Shown here piece after piece: positions 1 through 8,674 of a stretch of 64,000 nucleotides of DNA. The position numbers and the translations under genes are program-made. The notes under the pieces were generated by a model. It did not search any database. It was not told where the DNA came from and saw only the letters and a program-made list of their open reading frames with translations. Each line of letters begins with the position of its first letter. Position 1 is the stretch's first letter. This stretch comes from Candidatus Sabulitectum sp. (GTDB taxonomy: Bacteria > Fermentibacterota > Fermentibacteria > Fermentibacterales > JCC-6), in NCBI GenBank assembly GCA_023145375.1, contig JAGLDY010000013.1:26868-90867 (forward strand). Reading direction: 5' to 3'.

Positions 1-892
1 ATCGCAGGAGAATGGATATCCTTTCCGCCTCCGAGGCATACTTCCAGCGTGAACTGAAAGGAAGTCTTAAACTCCCCATGAACCTTCCGCTTCTGACCTG
101 AAGAATTATGCCCCAGTTACCGGATACAGCCATTACATCTCTTGATACGGTATCCCGAATCGACTCAGGTGTTGGCCATCCAAAGGAATCAAGTCTTTTC
201 AGAAGATCTCTCAGCTCAGCCGCCCGCTCATATTCAAGACTATCTGCAGACTCTCTCATCCTGGTGGTTATCTCACTTCGCACCTCGTCCCAGTGCCCTT
301 TAAGAAGATAAATAATTTTATTGACTCTGGAGTCGTATTCCACCTTCTGGTGGGCAGAACACGGAGATGGACACCTGTCAAGCTGACCCATGAGACATGG
401 TCTTTTCAGTACCTTGAGATTTCGGGTCTTACATCTGCGCAGCGGATAAAGCTCCAGAAGAAAAGTAACAAGCGACCTGAGGTTTCCCGCATCGGGGTAC
501 GGGCCGAACCTGGGGATATCAACAGATCGATCCGGGTTTCGGGTTATAACAAGTCTTGGGTATTCCTCATGGGTAGTTACTTCAAGCCACGGATAACGAC
601 TTGAACTGCGAAGATCCACATTCAGCGGAGGTTTATGTGTTCTTATCAGTTCTGCTTCAAGAACAAGAGCTTCAAGCTCTGTTCTTGTCACCGTCCACTG
701 AACGGTAATCGCTTTTTCCAGAAGAATTCTGTGTCGCAGGTCTCCCTTGTTTGAAATGTGTCCCCGGAGTCGGTTGATAACGCTCTTCGCTTTACCAATG
801 TACAAAGCTTTCCCTTTTTCATCAAGAAAGCGGTATACACCGGGAAGATCAGGGGCTGTTGAAACCGACCTTTTCAGAGAATCAGCGGCCAC
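1..892 (-). CDS. uvrC: Excinuclease ABC subunit C (UvrC), N-terminal ~297 codons; the 3' part lies beyond the window start
   Basis: Absent from the ORF track because it is open at the window edge. My minus-strand translation of ~650-850 reads GVYRFLDEKGKALYIGKAKSVINRLRGHISNKGDLRHRILLEKAITVQWTVTRTELEALVLEAELIRTHKPPLN, the GIY-YIG module of UvrC. There is no ATG upstream. The only in-frame start I see is GTG near 892, overlapping the murJ stop. Confidence 0.85.
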   Translation of the reverse strand, partial: MAADSLKRSVSTAPDLPGVYRFLDEKGKALYIGKAKSVINRLRGHISNKGDLRHRILLEKAITVQWTVTRTELEALVLEAELIRTHKPPLNVDLRSSSRYPWLEVTTHEEYPRLVITRNPDRSVDIPRFGPYPDAGNLRSLVTFLLELYPLRRCKTRNLKVLKRPCLMGQLDRCPSPCSAHQKVEYDSRVNKIIYLLKGHWDEVRSEITTRMRESADSLEYERAAELRDLLKRLDSFGWPTPESIRDTVSRDVMAVSGNWGIILQVRSGRFMGSLRLPFSSRWKYASEAERISILLR

Positions 893-2531
893 GCCGGATT
901 ATCTTCCTGATGGTAACTCTTACCTGATCCCCTCCAGTTATGAAAAACAAACCCATGGAAAGGGTCATTACGGAAAGCGAGGACAAAGCAATGGAGACAG
1001 CTCCCTGAAGCAGTCCTGCTGAAGAAAAACCCTCTACGATCGGTCTCAGATAAAGAAGAAGAAGAAGAGTGCCTGCTCCACTGAAAGCAAGAGCAGTCCA
1101 GGACTTCATTGGGACACCGGCTTTCCCCACCTTTCCCTTGAGCTTATGCTTCAGCATTGCAAGGTTTACCACAGAAGCTATGCTGCTGGCCAGAGCCAGA
1201 CCTGCAAGCGGTTCTGCGATTCCGGTTTTAAGGAAAATGTAGGTAAGAATACCGTTCAGGACGATGTTAAGCCCCATACAGCCAATTGCGATCTTCACAG
1301 GGGTCTTTGTGTCTTTCAAGGCGTAAAACACCGGGGCTGTGATCTTAACAGCTGCATAGAACACCATGCCTACAGAGTAGTAGCGAAGAGATGCAGCGGT
1401 AAGCCTCAGGGAAGCATCTGTGAATTCACCCCTGAAAAACATCACCCTGACCACAGGCTCCGCCATAACTATCAGGTAAAGTGCTGCAGGAAGCATGATT
1501 CCACTAATGACCAGAGTTGAAAGACCAAGTGTTCTTCCTGCTTCATCAAGTTTACCAAGAGCAGTCTGTCTGCTTAACGTGGGAAGAAGAGCGGTGGCAA
1601 GAGCAACGGCGAATATTCCCTGGGGCACCTGGGTAACCCGCAATCCATAAGAGAGGGCAGCGACACTGCCTTCAGCAAGCAGTGAGGCAATAAGCTGATC
1701 AACAAGAATATTGACCTCAGCAGCCATGAGACCGACCAGCGCAGGAACCGCAAGTTTCAATACCCGTCTGAATCGTTCGTCCTTCCAGTAGAAATCAGGT
1801 CTGAGTTTGATCCCCCTGCTCTTCATGAACGGTATCTGGACAGCAAGCTGCAGGGCTCCCCCGGTGAGCACTCCAATAGAGTAAGCCCAAACAGGCATAT
1901 CCGCCCGCCACATCCCCGCTAGAACGAACAGACCAATAAGAGCAGAAACGTTAAAAAGGATCGGGGCAAGAGCAGGAGCTAGAAAATGTCTGTGGCTGTT
2001 CAATATCCCCATGCATACTGAAGCAATACCAACAAAAAGAATGTACGGGAAAAGAAGTCTGAGGAGTTGTACTGTAAGCTGCGTTTTTCCTGGCTCATTC
2101 TGGAACCCCGCAGCAAACAGATCCACAAGAATCGGGGCAAGAAGCATACCAAGAAGAACCACCACAAGAAGGGCTGCGCCTACAAATGTCAGTATCTTCC
2201 CGGCAAGTTTCCCGGCCTCAGCTTTTCCTTCCTTCAGCAGAGTCTCTGTGTAGGTAGGTACCAGTGCGGAGGCTACAGTGGCCTCGCCGAAAAGACGACG
2301 GAGAATATTCGGGATAATAAAGGCTATTGTAAAGGCATCTGCAGCCATTCCCGTACCCAGTATTGCCGCCTGTCCTACGTCCCTGGCAAGCCCCAGTATC
2401 CTGCTTGCAAAAGTAAGAACCCCAAGCAGCCCGGCAGCTTTAGCAACACTGCGCCCCTCTTCAGCAGGCGTTCCAAGGTTCAGAGAAGGATCGCTCACAG
2501 TGAAATGCCTGAACACTTGACTGAAGCCCAT
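882..2531 (-). CDS. murJ: Lipid II flippase MurJ/MviN
   Basis: 549-aa polytopic ORF. The N-terminus AAGLLGVLTFASRILGLARDVGQAAILGTGMAADAFTIAFIIPNILRRLFGE is the MurJ signature region. The stop codon is TGA. Confidence 0.9.
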   Translation of the reverse strand: MGFSQVFRHFTVSDPSLNLGTPAEEGRSVAKAAGLLGVLTFASRILGLARDVGQAAILGTGMAADAFTIAFIIPNILRRLFGEATVASALVPTYTETLLKEGKAEAGKLAGKILTFVGAALLVVVLLGMLLAPILVDLFAAGFQNEPGKTQLTVQLLRLLFPYILFVGIASVCMGILNSHRHFLAPALAPILFNVSALIGLFVLAGMWRADMPVWAYSIGVLTGGALQLAVQIPFMKSRGIKLRPDFYWKDERFRRVLKLAVPALVGLMAAEVNILVDQLIASLLAEGSVAALSYGLRVTQVPQGIFAVALATALLPTLSRQTALGKLDEAGRTLGLSTLVISGIMLPAALYLIVMAEPVVRVMFFRGEFTDASLRLTAASLRYYSVGMVFYAAVKITAPVFYALKDTKTPVKIAIGCMGLNIVLNGILTYIFLKTGIAEPLAGLALASSIASVVNLAMLKHKLKGKVGKAGVPMKSWTALAFSGAGTLLLLLYLRPIVEGFSSAGLLQGAVSIALSSLSVMTLSMGLFFITGGDQVRVTIRKIIRRGR

Positions 2532-3181
2532 GTGGTCTGGAGAAACCCCTCTGGAACAGGTGTTGAAACAACTATATCATCAAAAACCGATGACCATGAG
2601 ACCTTACCGTATCCCCCGGCAATCAACCCGAAGGATCCTGGTTCCTGCTGTATGGAGTCAACAGCTTCCAGATGCCAGGCGGACGGTTCGTCCTCAACAA
2701 TTCCAGGCCATATTCTGCAGCAGACTGTATCCGCCTCCAGCTGAAACCGGATCCAGTACCTGGTGCCGTATGCAAAAGTGAAGTTGTGTTCATCAAGCTT
2801 CATTGTCGGTCCGGAATCATTTTTTCTTTCAAGGAATATTCTTGATGAATTGGGTTTTACAACCACTCTGTAATACCACTGATCGACTCCCTGATATCTT
2901 GCCAGTATTCCCCCTTCCAGCCCGCATTCAATAACTATGCTGCAGAGAATGGAATAGTCAGCAGTGCTCATTACGCCGGAAGCATCACCGTTAAGGCTCT
3001 TCCCCTGTCCCTTTTCACCCTGGGTATAGATAAAATACTCACCGTCTATCACTTCGTAGGATGCAGAGCCTGTATGTGTCCACCCGTCATCGTTGCCGTC
3101 ATTGAAGTCATCCGTGAACAGTGTTTCAGCAAAAGAGATGCTGAAGATCACAAAAATGAGCAATGAAAGAATACGAATCAT
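2495..3181 (-). CDS. Secreted jelly-roll (LamG/DUF1080-like) protein with C-terminal TTWASVK tail
   Basis: The ORF track gives 2495..3214. I prefer the ATG at 3181, which gives an MIRILSLLIFVIFSISFA signal peptide with AGGAGTAGGAGT upstream. FTDDFNDGNDDGWTHTG...VIDGEY resembles concanavalin-like domains. The last 37 nt overlap the murJ start. Confidence 0.6.
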   Translation of the reverse strand: MIRILSLLIFVIFSISFAETLFTDDFNDGNDDGWTHTGSASYEVIDGEYFIYTQGEKGQGKSLNGDASGVMSTADYSILCSIVIECGLEGGILARYQGVDQWYYRVVVKPNSSRIFLERKNDSGPTMKLDEHNFTFAYGTRYWIRFQLEADTVCCRIWPGIVEDEPSAWHLEAVDSIQQEPGSFGLIAGGYGKVSWSSVFDDIVVSTPVPEGFLQTTWASVKCSGISL

Positions 3182-3326
3182 TGATACTCCTACTCCTGTT
3201 TGCTGAAAGATCACCGACGCCTAAAGATAACAGGATGCAGTTCCACGATGACAGTTCAGAAAGAGACTCGCCACTCTTCTTCCCCTGTCTGCGAAAGAGC
3301 AGTGCCATTCTGGGCAAGAACACTCC

Positions 3327-3521
3327 TTATCCAGTCAAGAGATTTCTCATACCTGTCCAGAAGCACTTCTCTGCCATCCTGCCCATATCAAAGTAAACAA
3401 ATCTCTGATCTGTTACAATACATCGGCAATACACGGGGAACTTCACTTTTTTTCCCTGAGAAGTGTACCTGTTCGTATCGGCAAAGACCCTTTCACCGGG
3501 GTTCAGTTCAAAAGCAGCCAT
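3327..3521 (-). CDS. Small hypothetical protein (64 aa)
   Basis: The ORF has GGAGGG 6 nt upstream of its ATG. I recognise no family. IVTDQRFVYFD is vaguely PH/GRAM-like. Confidence 0.35.
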   Translation of the reverse strand: MAAFELNPGERVFADTNRYTSQGKKVKFPVYCRCIVTDQRFVYFDMGRMAEKCFWTGMRNLLTG

Positions 3522-3557
3522 TCTTTTCCCTCCAGATCGGTAATACCCAAAGGCAGA

Positions 3558-3785
3558 CTATACGGAAGAGGGTGGAAGAACGGGAGTACAGAAGAAGCGG
3601 ACCCCGAAAGAACCGTTGTTCACAACACCGCTCCAGAGATTTGCAAGATTGTGTTCTTCCCACACCAGATCAGGTCTGGCGTCTGTACCCGGGGAGAGAT
3701 ACGAAAAAGAACTTTGTGAATTGCCAAAACAGGGCACTGACAAAAGCACTGGTAAAAGAATAAAACCTCCAGAGACAATTCTCAT
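3558..3785 (-). CDS. Small hypothetical secreted protein (75 aa)
   Basis: N-terminal hydrophobic segment MRIVSGGFILLPVLLSVPCFG. The SD is weak and I recognise no family. Confidence 0.25.
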   Translation of the reverse strand: MRIVSGGFILLPVLLSVPCFGNSQSSFSYLSPGTDARPDLVWEEHNLANLWSGVVNNGSFGVRFFCTPVLPPSSV

Positions 3786-3990
3786 AACAGCACCATCCCT
3801 TACAGAAAAGAATCTTAACAGAATAATAAGGCGATATTCACCCTATGTTATTTGTGTATATCCTTAAATCTGTGTGGAAGTTCCATATCATTGCAATCAA
3901 TTCAGAACCACCCTTGCATGCCTTTTCTTTATCTGAGAATTCCTTATCTTCAACAGAAGAACAAATCCTGTAAAACTTGAGGAGTGATCT

Positions 3991-6900
3991 GTGAGCAACC
4001 CGTTTATCCCTGAAGAGGATATTGATCTGATAAGGAGCGGGCAGGTGGTTTTCAATGGCGCCCTTCTTCTAACAGATATATCAGGGTTCACTGCATTAAC
4101 TGAGTTGCTGGCGCTGGGGGGCAAGCAGGGTACCGAACAGCTCACAGTCCTTCTCAACAGCTATTTTCACAAGATGATCACCATTGCAGACAGGTACAGT
4201 GGCAGCATCATAACATTTTCCGGTGATTCCCTTCTTGTTCGCTTCAATGAAGAGAAAAAGGCCCTTGAATGTGCAGGAGAAATGCTTGATGCAATGGACT
4301 CCTTCACCGGTGTTTCCATTCCAGACAGCAGGGATTCTTTCTCGCTCAGATCAAAAGTCGTTGTGGGATCCGGGGAGTGGAACCAGTACATTATCGGAGA
4401 TGATCAGAGGGCTCATCTTCTTCTTTCCGGTGGTTTGATAAGGGAACTCGCCAGCAGAGAATCCCATGCCGCCGCTGATACCTTTACTCGTTTCCAGTCT
4501 GCGATAAAAGCTTCTCAAGCGCCTTTCCCGGTGCTTCCTGAAAGCAATGATGCTTTCCTCTCCCCCGGTTCCGGTAGATTGTTCGGAGAGCATCGATCGG
4601 TAACTGCAGTATTCTTGAATGTTTACACAGAGAACTCCGGCCACGGTGTAACAGAGGATTTTCAGAGATTGTATCTGGATATTTCCAGATCGGTAAACAG
4701 GTTCGGCGGTTACCTGCACCACATTGATGACATGCTTCCCCGGGGTTCCAGAATCCTCATTCTTTTCGGTGCTCCCGTGTCAGCTGGTAACGACATATTA
4801 AACTCACTGCTTGCCATGAGTGAGTTGTTCTCTGAAGAGCAGGAAAAGTATGGATTCGAGATAAGTTGCGGCATAGATACCGGATACACTTTCTCAGGCA
4901 TTGTAGGCAACAACAGCAGGAAGCAGTACACTGTGATAGGTGACTCTGTGAACACAGCTGCCAGACTTGCTGACAACACAACTCCTGGAACCATCAATGT
5001 AAGTGAAAGCGTTTTCAACAGAACTTCTATTCACTTCGGATATGAAGAACTTCCCGGGATAAGGGTAAAAGGCAAGAACAAACCCCTTAAACGGTTCAAG
5101 CCAACAGGCAAACTTGCTTCCAGCCAAAACTCCATTCCCTTCGTAGGCAGAGAAAGAGAACTTCAGGAAGTTACTGCACTGGTTACAGACTCAAGTGACA
5201 CTGTACTTCTTTCCGGAAGCGCAGGAATAGGCAAGAGTTCATTTTTGATAAGATTATCTGAGATCCTCAACGGGCTGAATACTAAAGTGGTCAAAGGTGA
5301 AAGGACAAGTCACGGCCCAGCCAACGAGATACTGATCTCTCTGGTGGAAGACATCTCCGGTGTCCAGGCAGGCATGGACAGGTCATCTACCTCTGAAAAG
5401 CTCCACAGCTTTCTGACCACTTCAGGCAATGAGCAGCTGATAGCAAGGGAAGTCTTTATTGCCAGAATGCTTTTTGGCCTCAATTTCCCTCACAAAACAT
5501 TTGACGCTCTGCCTCCGAAGCTGCGAAGAGAAAACCTTATTGAAGCAATTTCACTGATGATCAGAGAACTGCCTTCACCGGCATGTGTGATAGTCGAGGA
5601 TATCCACTACTCTGATCCTGAAGAGATCAGTTCAATCAAAGAGGTGATCCGCACAGCTCAGCAGAACTCGGAAAAGCAGCTGAGCTTCCTCCTCTCAACC
5701 AGACCGGACGAGCGAGATCTCCTCAAGGGCGCTTCAGACCTGTCCATATTTCGCCTTGAGGGTTTGCCCAGGGAACAGTCGTTTGAACTTCTCTCCGGCG
5801 TAGCCTGTGGGAAAAATGCGGGAAACTCTATTGAAGATGATATCCTCAAGGTTCTTACCGACAGATCACAGGGTAACCCATTCTTTCTTGTGCAGTTCTT
5901 TCTTTACCTTAAAGAGAAAGATCTGATCGTGCTGAAGAACAGCAGATGGGTAAGAACAGGAGAATCAAGCCTGAGAAGTCTTCCCGAAAGCATTTTCTCC
6001 ATGATCATGGCCAGAATTGATGCCCTTGCTGAAAGTACAAGGGAATGTCTGACAGTTGCAAGCGTTGTGGGTGTAAAATTCAAGGAATCCCTTATCAGAT
6101 CGATAATTCAGAGGAATGTCCACACGGATATGCTGGAGTCCTCTCGAGCGGGACTGACTCTTGCACACAGGCTCTCGGAGCTGGAGTACATATTCAGCCA
6201 TATGCTTATCAGAGATGTGGCATACGATTCAATTCTCAGAGAACGAAGAAGAACTATCCACAGAGACACAGGTCTCATTCTGGAGGATCTCCACAGCAGC
6301 GGTATGGAGGATCACAGCAGAATTCTTGCATACCATTTTGAGAATGCAGAGGAATGGAGTAAGGCGGTGAAGTACTCAATGAGCGCAGGTAAAGCTGCAG
6401 CTGATGAGTTCAGGAACCAGGATGCTCTTGACCATTATGCTTCGGCTATAAGGATGTTTGATGACGAGATCCCGGAAGAGAGAGAGAGCCTGGCAGAATG
6501 CAGTTTCCTGGCAGGCTCTGTGAGAGAATTGATCGGTGACTATCCCGCGGCAACGAAATGCTACAGGAGAGCTTCCAAACTCTCCTCGGATCTGTCTCTC
6601 ATTGGAAAAGCAATACTGGGAGAGGCAGAGATCCTTTTTACAAGGGGTGAACTTCAGCAGGGATTAACGATTATTGATGACTTGAGCCAGAAGCTCAAGC
6701 TCGCCGCTTGTGAAGACAATACGCTCACATTGAGAGTTGAAGCCTTTAGAGCATGGACCTACTGCGTTACCGGTGATATTGATGCAGCTATGGAAAAGGC
6801 TCTCCTTGCAGTACAGATAGGTGAATCTCTTGAAGGAGTTCCAGAGCTGGTAAAGGCAAGGAAGCTGGGACACGCTTTGAATACGCTTGCAACCGTTCAC

Positions 6901-7851
6901 TGGGCAAAGGGAGAGTATTCTCTGGCGAAAGGTCTCTACGAACGGGCGATAAAGCTTGCCCTGAAAAACGGTATGAAGCGGGAGGCTGCTCTGACCTATG
7001 GAAACATAGGACTGGTCCTTGAAAAGCAGGGTAAATACCACCTGGCAACAAAAGGTATGGAAAAGCAGTTAAAAATGGCCACAGAGATCGGGGACAAGTT
7101 ACTTATTCTCAGCGCCCACGGAGAGCTGTGTACAAGTAATGCTGAACTTGGAAACTACGAAGAGGCTCTTTTCCATGGCAGAAAGCAGAGAGTACTCTCT
7201 GAATCTCTAAGTGCTGCACACGACACTCTACTGGCTTACAACCACCTTGCCGCGATCCACTGCTCCATGGGAGAGTATGAGGCCGGTCAAAAGAATGCTG
7301 AGAAAGTTCTTGAACTCGCTAGAGATTCTTCACTGGACAGAGAAGCAGCATACGCACATAGCGTTCTGGGAGATATCATGGCCAGTCAGGGAGAATTGAA
7401 CTCCGCTATGGACCTCTTCAGAAAGTCGGAGACCACTGCAGAAAAAGTCCATTCATCTCCCCTCCTTCAAGCCGTATATCTCAAAATAGCCAGGATCCTG
7501 ATCTCCCAGGGTCAGCTTGAAAAAGCAGAGGAAACTCTTGATAAAGTACATGACCTCCTTGAGAAATCGGAAATGAAGTCAGCTGTTGCCGGCTATTTCT
7601 GTACTATGGCAGAGCTTCACGCTGCCGCCGGCAGAATGAAAGAAGCCTTCGAAAGCTTTGATAAAGGAGCGTTAATATTCAAGGAACTGGATGCAAAACC
7701 GGCTCATGCAAACGCAAGCAGAAGCTTTGCTAATACCTTGAAAGCAGTGGGTAACGGATATAAGGATCAAGCGGGCAGACACATGAGAATTGCAGCTGAT
7801 CTTTACAATGAAATGAAACTTCCCGGTGAAGCAGAACGGTGCATAGTGTAG
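3991..7851 (+). CDS. Tandem class III nucleotidyl cyclase domains fused to a STAND/AAA ATPase and TPR array
   Basis: 1286 aa with a non-ATG start. Cyclase domain 1 motifs: LLLTDISGFTALTE and ITFSGDSLLVRF. Cyclase domain 2 motifs: VTAVFLNVYTE, ILILFGAPV and YTVIGDSVNTAARL. Walker A is LLSGSAGIGKSSF and Walker B-like is CVIVEDIHYSD. The C-terminal ~500 aa are TPR-like repeats. Confidence 0.8.
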   Translation: MSNPFIPEEDIDLIRSGQVVFNGALLLTDISGFTALTELLALGGKQGTEQLTVLLNSYFHKMITIADRYSGSIITFSGDSLLVRFNEEKKALECAGEMLDAMDSFTGVSIPDSRDSFSLRSKVVVGSGEWNQYIIGDDQRAHLLLSGGLIRELASRESHAAADTFTRFQSAIKASQAPFPVLPESNDAFLSPGSGRLFGEHRSVTAVFLNVYTENSGHGVTEDFQRLYLDISRSVNRFGGYLHHIDDMLPRGSRILILFGAPVSAGNDILNSLLAMSELFSEEQEKYGFEISCGIDTGYTFSGIVGNNSRKQYTVIGDSVNTAARLADNTTPGTINVSESVFNRTSIHFGYEELPGIRVKGKNKPLKRFKPTGKLASSQNSIPFVGRERELQEVTALVTDSSDTVLLSGSAGIGKSSFLIRLSEILNGLNTKVVKGERTSHGPANEILISLVEDISGVQAGMDRSSTSEKLHSFLTTSGNEQLIAREVFIARMLFGLNFPHKTFDALPPKLRRENLIEAISLMIRELPSPACVIVEDIHYSDPEEISSIKEVIRTAQQNSEKQLSFLLSTRPDERDLLKGASDLSIFRLEGLPREQSFELLSGVACGKNAGNSIEDDILKVLTDRSQGNPFFLVQFFLYLKEKDLIVLKNSRWVRTGESSLRSLPESIFSMIMARIDALAESTRECLTVASVVGVKFKESLIRSIIQRNVHTDMLESSRAGLTLAHRLSELEYIFSHMLIRDVAYDSILRERRRTIHRDTGLILEDLHSSGMEDHSRILAYHFENAEEWSKAVKYSMSAGKAAADEFRNQDALDHYASAIRMFDDEIPEERESLAECSFLAGSVRELIGDYPAATKCYRRASKLSSDLSLIGKAILGEAEILFTRGELQQGLTIIDDLSQKLKLAACEDNTLTLRVEAFRAWTYCVTGDIDAAMEKALLAVQIGESLEGVPELVKARKLGHALNTLATVHWAKGEYSLAKGLYERAIKLALKNGMKREAALTYGNIGLVLEKQGKYHLATKGMEKQLKMATEIGDKLLILSAHGELCTSNAELGNYEEALFHGRKQRVLSESLSAAHDTLLAYNHLAAIHCSMGEYEAGQKNAEKVLELARDSSLDREAAYAHSVLGDIMASQGELNSAMDLFRKSETTAEKVHSSPLLQAVYLKIARILISQGQLEKAEETLDKVHDLLEKSEMKSAVAGYFCTMAELHAAAGRMKEAFESFDKGALIFKELDAKPAHANASRSFANTLKAVGNGYKDQAGRHMRIAADLYNEMKLPGEAERCIV

Positions 7852-7855
7852 GAAA

Positions 7856-7887
7856 CCGGGCCTGCACCTTTAAAAATGCAGACCCGG
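7856..7887. terminator. Hairpin between convergent genes (possible bidirectional terminator)
   Basis: CCGGGCCTGCA-cctttaaaaa-TGCAGACCCGG forms 10 bp with one mismatch. It lies between the stop at 7851 (+) and the stop at 7906 (-). Confidence 0.5.
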
Positions 7888-7905
7888 CAGTATATAGATC
7901 TTATC

Positions 7906-8502
7906 CTAGAAAGTAGCTTTGATAGCAGCCCATGTGTCAGGTGAAAGTGCAGCAGAATAGTCTGGTGTTCTGATCTCAGCACCATCCGGTGCAGTAATTG
8001 TCAGATCATCCACCCATACAGTAGCTCCCGCTTCCGAGTAAGTTCTTACCTGGATCACAAGTCCGGAGTGTCCACCCTCTACAGTCCAGCTGTACTCTGC
8101 AAGGTCCCAGCCTGTGCCTGGACCGTAATCGCTCTGTCCGCTGGCACTTCCACCGTAGTCGTAGATGTCATCCGGGTCATCGTTCCAGCCGCCCCAGATC
8201 CTGCAGGATGGGGGTGCAGTCGGAGTGGTATCATATCTCCAGAATGAAGCTGTGACCTGATCGCCGTCCGAAAGCCCTACAACCCAGCCCACATAAGCCT
8301 GTGGGGTGCCGGATTCATCATCATCAACCAGTTTAAGAGACTGTGAACCACCGTGGGTCTGCTCGGTGTCTATAGTAGCGATAATATCACCGTAGTTACC
8401 CAGGATGGTCTGTGTACCCTCCCAGCCATAATTCTCTGTGATCTCTGCAAATGCGAACTGTGCCACTGCAAACAGCAGCACAAGAACAAGAATACTCTTC
8501 AT
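7906..8502 (-). CDS. Secreted beta-sandwich (CBM/LamG-like) protein with C-terminal DTWAAIKATF tail
   Basis: Signal peptide MKSILVLVLLFAVAQFAFA. The protein is Gly/Asp/Trp-rich and contains VWVDDLTIT. It ends ...ALSPDTWAAIKATF. Confidence 0.6.
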   Translation of the reverse strand: MKSILVLVLLFAVAQFAFAEITENYGWEGTQTILGNYGDIIATIDTEQTHGGSQSLKLVDDDESGTPQAYVGWVVGLSDGDQVTASFWRYDTTPTAPPSCRIWGGWNDDPDDIYDYGGSASGQSDYGPGTGWDLAEYSWTVEGGHSGLVIQVRTYSEAGATVWVDDLTITAPDGAEIRTPDYSAALSPDTWAAIKATF

Positions 8503-8674
8503 TTATCTCCCTCATTTCTGTTTAAAATCAACATCCCAAAAAACCATTACATATAATACTTGTAATCGAACTTTTCAGCAAGAAACAACCCTAAATATCT
8601 TACCTTACTACTGGGTATTGACTCAAACTGCAAACATGCTTATCTATCTGCTACACCAAGCGAAAGGGGTTTTC

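Noticed and set aside
1146-2744. Several plus-strand ORFs (1146..1520, 2011..2253, 2067..2744, 2278..2520) opposite murJ.
   Set aside because: These are antisense shadows of a well-supported membrane protein gene. Their translations are low-complexity and Arg/Ser/Cys/Pro-rich.
3522-3560. The 75-aa and 64-aa minus-strand ORFs are in the same frame, separated by a TAG, so I considered stop-codon read-through as at 9035.
   Set aside because: The downstream ORF has its own strong SD (GGAGGG, 6 nt before the ATG). There is no domain continuity across the stop, and a shared frame has a one-in-three chance.
3200-3763. 187-aa plus-strand ORF in the region between the jelly-roll gene and the cyclase gene.
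   Set aside because: Its Arg/Ser/Cys-rich composition is typical of non-coding frames. The minus-strand small ORFs have better start contexts.
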